Positions 16,031 through 20,000 of a stretch of DNA of 20,000 nucleotides are shown here, one piece after another. The notes beneath the pieces were generated by a model. It was not told the DNA's origin, ran no database searches, and worked only from the letters and a program-made list of their open reading frames with translations. Both the position numbers and the translations under genes were made by a program. The DNA comes from an uncultured virus (IMG/VR IMGVR_UViG_3300010344_001075). Its lineage: Duplodnaviria; Heunggongvirae; Uroviricota; Caudoviricetes. Positions within the stretch are counted from its first letter, which is position 1. The number at the start of each line of letters is the position of its first letter. The stretch lies in IMG/VR virus record IMGVR_UViG_3300010344_001075; one strand, given 5' to 3'.

Positions 16031-16489
16031 TCAAGAGAAAGCCGCTTCCAGATCCGCGATACCTTTCTCTATTTTGGTTTCGTCCCAACCTCTTGCAGCC
16101 ATCATCTTTCGTACACGATGGTAGGCTTGGTAGGAGGGCATGCTGGCAAATTTCTTATAGGATTTCAAGACTAACTTTGCTATCTCACAAGCATCCTCTG
16201 TCAAACCTTCCCAATAGAACTCTGGTGTCTCAGTCTCATAACGAAAGACATCTTCGTATGATTCCAAGCCGTTACCATAGTATTTCCGTTGTAGTTGACA
16301 GCGATAGTCTTCTAAATGATTCCAGATAGATCGCCAGACGTAGGTAGATATGGCACCTTTCTCCGGGGTGTAGGTATCAAGTGCCTGTAGATAAGCGAGG
16401 GCTGCCTCTTGAAATAAATCGTCCCAGTTTTCTCGGGTTTTCTTGTGGAAGGTCCAAGCTATTTTGCGTAATAGATTCAAGTGATCCAT
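16031..16489 (-). CDS. Phage-encoded sigma-70-family factor (region 2 clear, region 4 degenerate)
   Basis: LLRKIAWTF...WDDLFQEAALAYLQALDTYTPEKGAISTYVWRSIWNHLEDY matches the region 2 pattern DLxQE...a...fdp.kG..f.TY....I. Confidence 0.85.
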   Translation of the reverse strand: MDHLNLLRKIAWTFHKKTRENWDDLFQEAALAYLQALDTYTPEKGAISTYVWRSIWNHLEDYRCQLQRKYYGNGLESYEDVFRYETETPEFYWEGLTEDACEIAKLVLKSYKKFASMPSYQAYHRVRKMMAARGWDETKIEKGIADLEAAFS

Positions 16490-16490
16490 A

Positions 16491-18104
16491 CTAAGATATA
16501 TAACCTTTTATGAGTTCTGTTAACAATGATTCCTGTGCTGTTATCTCTCCGTCAAGTACGGCGTCAAGTACTTTTCGTTTGCTGTCAAGTATGTGTGCAA
16601 GACGTTCCTCGATGGTATCAGGGGCAAGTAAGAAATAGATGTTGACAGAGTCTTTCTGTCCAATCCTATGGCATCTATCTTCCGCTTGACTAAGATCACC
16701 AGGCGTCCATGGTAGTTCCAAGAAGGCAACGTTGGAAGAGGCTGTCAATGTCAGTCCTACCCCTGCCGCTTTTATGTTACCAACGAAGAGTCTTATCTTG
16801 TCATTGCCTTGGAAGGCCTCAACTGCTTTGTTTCGTTCGGACAGTGATACTGATCCATCAATCTTAACGGCAATCTTACTAAACTTTTCCATCAAGGCAT
16901 CTATCACAAACCTGTGCACGGCAAAGACAACAAGCTTCTCTCCATTCTCCAAGAAGTCCGAGATCCAGTCTATTGACTCTGCCAGTTTACCCTGTACAGA
17001 TAATTGTTTCAACGCCTCGATTTTTGCAAGGGCTTCCGCGTTTGAAGCCCTACGGGCTGCCTCCGCTCCCTTTGTTTCACGCAGGAACCCTATAAAATCT
17101 TCTTCTGCGTCGCGATATTCCCCTCTGTTGTGTAACTGTACTGGGACAAACGATCGTACTTTAGGGGGCAACTGAGGCAGTACGTCACGCTTTAGACGTC
17201 TGATCATAACGGTACCCGTAAGGAGTTCATGTAGCTCTTGCGTATGTGATGCTCCACTGGTATCTAAACCAAAGCCATTCCACTTGGGATCACAGTACCT
17301 TTGAATGTAATATTGGGAACTGCTAAAGACTTCTGGTCTGATAAGATGTAGGGCATTGTAGGCTTCAATTGGTTTGTTGACAATTGGTGTGCCTGACAAT
17401 GCTATCACATGTGGGATACCCTTGCCAAGTTTTTTGACAGCCTTCGTTCGTAGTGCTTTGTTGCTTTTGTAGTAATGGCATTCGTCCGTGATAAGAACCT
17501 GTGGGCGTTTGCGTTTCAGGGTTTCAACCCATGCTGGAAGAACATCATAATTGATGATAATAATATCACCTGTTACCTTCCATGGAGTTGTACCCATCAG
17601 TATTTCCAAATTAGGTTTTGCCATCCATGTCAATGCCTCTTTGGCCCAGTTCAATTTAAGGGATGCTGGTACGACAATAATGACAGGCCTTTTCTTCGGA
17701 TGTGCTTCGATCCAAGCCAACGCCTGTACCGTTTTACCTAAGCCCATTTCATCCGCGACAAGAGCTCTTCCATTGTTTCTTTCAATGAAAGCTACCCCCT
17801 CCATTTGGAATGGATATAAGTTACCTTTCAGCTTCAACGGTACTTTTGCGACATTGGCTTTTTCTTCTTTCTTTTTCGTGGACAAAGTTTCCAACAGGGT
17901 GTCATCGAGGGTAAAACCCCACTCTTCCAATTGTTTGATTGTTTCTGGAAAGATAGGGGCACTCCAACATTTCTGTTCGGCATGCCATTTTCTTCCCGGT
18001 AACGTTCTGATATTGGTGAGGGTTTCAACATCGTAAGGGAACTCAATTTGAATTACCTTTTCACCCTGTTGGTTCTTTGCCAGAGTTGCTTTCTTACTTG
18101 TCAT
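16491..18104 (-). CDS. SNF2-family (SMARCAL1/HARP-like) helicase
   Basis: LYPFQMEGV, ADEMGLGKT, VVPASLKLNW, DECH, LSGTP, MIRRLK, GVGLTLT and QAEDRCHRIGQ. The N-terminal segment FPYD...IRTLPGRKWH...W is HARP-like. Confidence 0.95.
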   Translation of the reverse strand: MTSKKATLAKNQQGEKVIQIEFPYDVETLTNIRTLPGRKWHAEQKCWSAPIFPETIKQLEEWGFTLDDTLLETLSTKKKEEKANVAKVPLKLKGNLYPFQMEGVAFIERNNGRALVADEMGLGKTVQALAWIEAHPKKRPVIIVVPASLKLNWAKEALTWMAKPNLEILMGTTPWKVTGDIIIINYDVLPAWVETLKRKRPQVLITDECHYYKSNKALRTKAVKKLGKGIPHVIALSGTPIVNKPIEAYNALHLIRPEVFSSSQYYIQRYCDPKWNGFGLDTSGASHTQELHELLTGTVMIRRLKRDVLPQLPPKVRSFVPVQLHNRGEYRDAEEDFIGFLRETKGAEAARRASNAEALAKIEALKQLSVQGKLAESIDWISDFLENGEKLVVFAVHRFVIDALMEKFSKIAVKIDGSVSLSERNKAVEAFQGNDKIRLFVGNIKAAGVGLTLTASSNVAFLELPWTPGDLSQAEDRCHRIGQKDSVNIYFLLAPDTIEERLAHILDSKRKVLDAVLDGEITAQESLLTELIKGYIS

Positions 18105-19237
18105 TCTGCGGTTTTGATTCTGTTGAAGAGGTCTCCTGCGATTTCCTGCAGTTCCATCCTACGTATGGCACTGACGTCTTCCTGGTTGGCGTAACGGGTT
18201 ATCCCCTGTGTCAGTTTCCACAAAGTGGCATCACCCTGGAGCCCGTCAAGCGGATCGTTTCTCATAAGGAGTTCTCCTACGCTTTCCATTTCGCTTTTGA
18301 AGAGCTTTCCTGCCCTGAATAATCCGGTCAGTTCCTTTACAGGATCTACCGTCTGATCTGTGGCTGCTTTTATTTCAAGCATCCTTTCCTTTATGGCAGA
18401 GGCTCCGTACAGATCTTTTGTCAGGTCTCGTATGGCACTGGCAGTTGTCATGCTGTCAAGCTCATACGTCTTCTGCGAAAGTGCCATGTTCTCAGGGAGT
18501 CGGGCCCCCAGGTGGATTTGGCGAAGTACGGACTGTCTTACCATACCATTGAGACAGATACCTTGCATAATAAACTGGCGGAGCTCAAGGGCTTTGACAC
18601 CGTAGTCAGAGGAGTCAATGCGTACACCGAAAGCAAGGTAGATGACACCGTTCTTTTCAGTAAAGACTTCTATTGGTTGCGGCAACATGCTTTCAACCAT
18701 GATCCGGGTGTCATCCATGTATCCGTCGGACAGTTGACCTCCGTTTTGAAACACTTCATCAATGTGGGTGCCGAAGATCATTTCGGAATCAAGTCTCCGG
18801 TAGGAGTCTGAGAGAAACGCCCTGACTTCTGGACCAACTGTTCTCACCAGCATTTTACTGCGATCCAGCCATCCGTTGTGTGTGTTGAGTATTGTGTACC
18901 CCAGACTGCGCTGCCACTCCTCTCCGAAGAGGAGCGAGGTCAAATACTGCCCCGGGATACCCAACTTTGCGGACAACTGACCAACGGCGTGACGGTTTAT
19001 ACGGAAGGGAGTTGGGCCTTCCTGTGGTAGGCGAAACGTTCCTCCAACCATTCCGTCATGGGGATGAAACTTTATCAGTTCCTGCTGTCCTTTCCTTTCA
19101 GTACCGACATCAAAAAGGAAATCACGTGAGAGCTTACCTTCTTCCTGAAGGCGGGTTGTTGCTGTGATGGCATTGTTCATGCCTTTTTGTAGTTTCTGGG
19201 CAATTTTGGCCATGACTACATCTTTCATGTCATTCAT
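18101..19237 (-). CDS. DUF932-like phage protein
   Basis: 378 aa with HAVGQL...LGIP..Y, LVRT...VRAFLSDSYRRLD, S.YG...L, ICLNGMV and IHLG, a pattern typical of DUF932/DUF945-type proteins. Confidence 0.65.
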   Translation of the reverse strand: MNDMKDVVMAKIAQKLQKGMNNAITATTRLQEEGKLSRDFLFDVGTERKGQQELIKFHPHDGMVGGTFRLPQEGPTPFRINRHAVGQLSAKLGIPGQYLTSLLFGEEWQRSLGYTILNTHNGWLDRSKMLVRTVGPEVRAFLSDSYRRLDSEMIFGTHIDEVFQNGGQLSDGYMDDTRIMVESMLPQPIEVFTEKNGVIYLAFGVRIDSSDYGVKALELRQFIMQGICLNGMVRQSVLRQIHLGARLPENMALSQKTYELDSMTTASAIRDLTKDLYGASAIKERMLEIKAATDQTVDPVKELTGLFRAGKLFKSEMESVGELLMRNDPLDGLQGDATLWKLTQGITRYANQEDVSAIRRMELQEIAGDLFNRIKTAE

Positions 19238-19266
19238 CTTAAATTTGTATTTGGTGAATTAATAAG

Positions 19267-19298
19267 TAAATTTACAATTATTTTTACAATAAAACAAA
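19267..19298 (-). promoter_or_regulatory. Near-consensus Bacteroidota-type promoter
   Basis: The minus strand reads TTTG-N20-TAAATTTA (one mismatch to TAnnTTTG), 30 nt upstream of the DUF932-like ATG. Confidence 0.5.
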
Positions 19299-19526
19299 TT
19301 ACCACCCAATTGCTTCGGTGGCATTCCCTGGTAAGTACCCAAGCTGGGAACCTTCCGTAAGATAAACAACTTTGACTTCTTCATCGGCCGGGGCTTCCTC
19401 ATCAGGTTCGAGCGGGACAACTTCCATGATGGAATATTCAAATGGCCACGATGGTTGCATTGCCAGTCTTACTTCTGCCTCGTCTGGCAGACCTTCCAGT
19501 GCTTCTTTCAATTCAATTACTGTCAT
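19299..19526 (-). CDS. Small acidic hypothetical phage protein
   Basis: 75 aa, MTVIELKEALEGLPDEAEVRLAMQPSWPFEYSI..., with an A-rich leader. It fits the gene packing. Confidence 0.8.
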   Translation of the reverse strand: MTVIELKEALEGLPDEAEVRLAMQPSWPFEYSIMEVVPLEPDEEAPADEEVKVVYLTEGSQLGYLPGNATEAIGW

Positions 19527-19542
19527 TTCTTTTTGTTTTTAG

Positions 19543-19872
19543 TTAAATCATTATAATTCGTTCACTGACGTATTCTGTCCTGTTGGAGTAGTAACGAGTT
19601 CCTTTTGGAATGATAAATTCTCGTATTGTGCTGTAGGAGAATCCAGAATGTTCCGCCATTCGCCTTGTTTTGTAGGAATGATATCCGTGGATGATCTTCC
19701 ATTTCTCCTGCCACTGACTCCACTGTTTTATAATCGGAACATGCGGAGTGATCTTATTTTTATGATATTGAAACGGGTATACAGGAGAGACACTCCCCAT
19801 CAGACATTTGTAGCAAACAATATCTTCTTTTGCTATCTTTGCTCTTGATGATTTTGATGTTAAGAAACACAT
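19543..19872 (-). CDS. Hypothetical phage protein
   Basis: 109 aa with the pattern MC...KIAKEDIVCYK...GYHSY...FIIPKGTRYY...EYVSERI, which I recall from Bacteroidota phage hypothetical proteins (not verified by search). Confidence 0.75.
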   Translation of the reverse strand: MCFLTSKSSRAKIAKEDIVCYKCLMGSVSPVYPFQYHKNKITPHVPIIKQWSQWQEKWKIIHGYHSYKTRRMAEHSGFSYSTIREFIIPKGTRYYSNRTEYVSERIIMI

Positions 19873-19903
19873 ATCTCTTTGGTTTTTAGTTAACGAATGA
19901 GCG

Positions 19904-19952
19904 TAGCAGTCTTTCGACTGGCCCGACTCTCACGGGCTGTACCTTGCTGCTA
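19904..19952 (-). other. Intergenic multi-hairpin RNA structure
   Basis: The minus strand has GCCCG-TGAGAGT-CGGGC abutting CAGTC-GAAA-GACTG, enclosed by TAGCAG/CTGCTA complementarity. Confidence 0.5.
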
Positions 19953-19955
19953 ACT

Positions 19956-20000
19956 TCAAACAATACCAAGTTCAGAGATCAAATGATCAAGCAATTCCTG
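19956..20000 (-). CDS. 3' end of a gene entering from the right edge
   Basis: Open frame ...QELLDHLISELGIV* ending at TGA 19956-19958. It is too short to identify. Confidence 0.4.
   Translation of the reverse strand, partial: QELLDHLISELGIV

Noticed and set aside
228..19848. Numerous plus-strand ORFs in the track (e.g. 5419-5991, 9900-10553, 17551-18036)
   Set aside because: All lie antisense to well-supported minus-strand genes and show no recognisable motifs, so they are shadow ORFs.
19904..19952. Hammerhead ribozyme or rho-independent terminator
   Set aside because: GAAA is present but the CUGANGA core is not, and there is no U-tract after the hairpins on the coding strand.

Overview
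This is a gene-dense, entirely minus-strand segment of a dsDNA phage (or prophage) genome. The host is probably Bacteroidota, judged from a perfect TTTG-N20-TAnnTTTG promoter and A-rich leaders mostly lacking Shine-Dalgarno sequences. In transcription order (right to left) it encodes small early-type genes, a DUF932-like protein, an SNF2/HARP-type helicase, a short sigma factor, primase, a small radical SAM protein, an initiator-like protein with an internal origin-like structure and an SF4/RepA-type helicase. A 7-deazaguanine DNA-modification cluster follows: queD, frameshifted queE, folE, a QueC without its Zn-binding tail, and a dpdA-like transglycosylase. This cluster is interleaved with unexpected tailoring genes: a radical SAM/SPASM enzyme, a class I methyltransferase, a PIG-L deacetylase, a GT-B glycosyltransferase and a degenerate FolE-like protein. 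The window ends with a beta sliding clamp and a family A DNA polymerase split into a UDG+3'-5' exonuclease gene and a separate polymerase gene that runs off the left edge and is missing from the ORF track. The best candidate for a new system is the extended dpd cluster, which may make a glycosylated or otherwise hypermodified deazaguanine in DNA. All calls come from reading motifs by eye; no searches were run.
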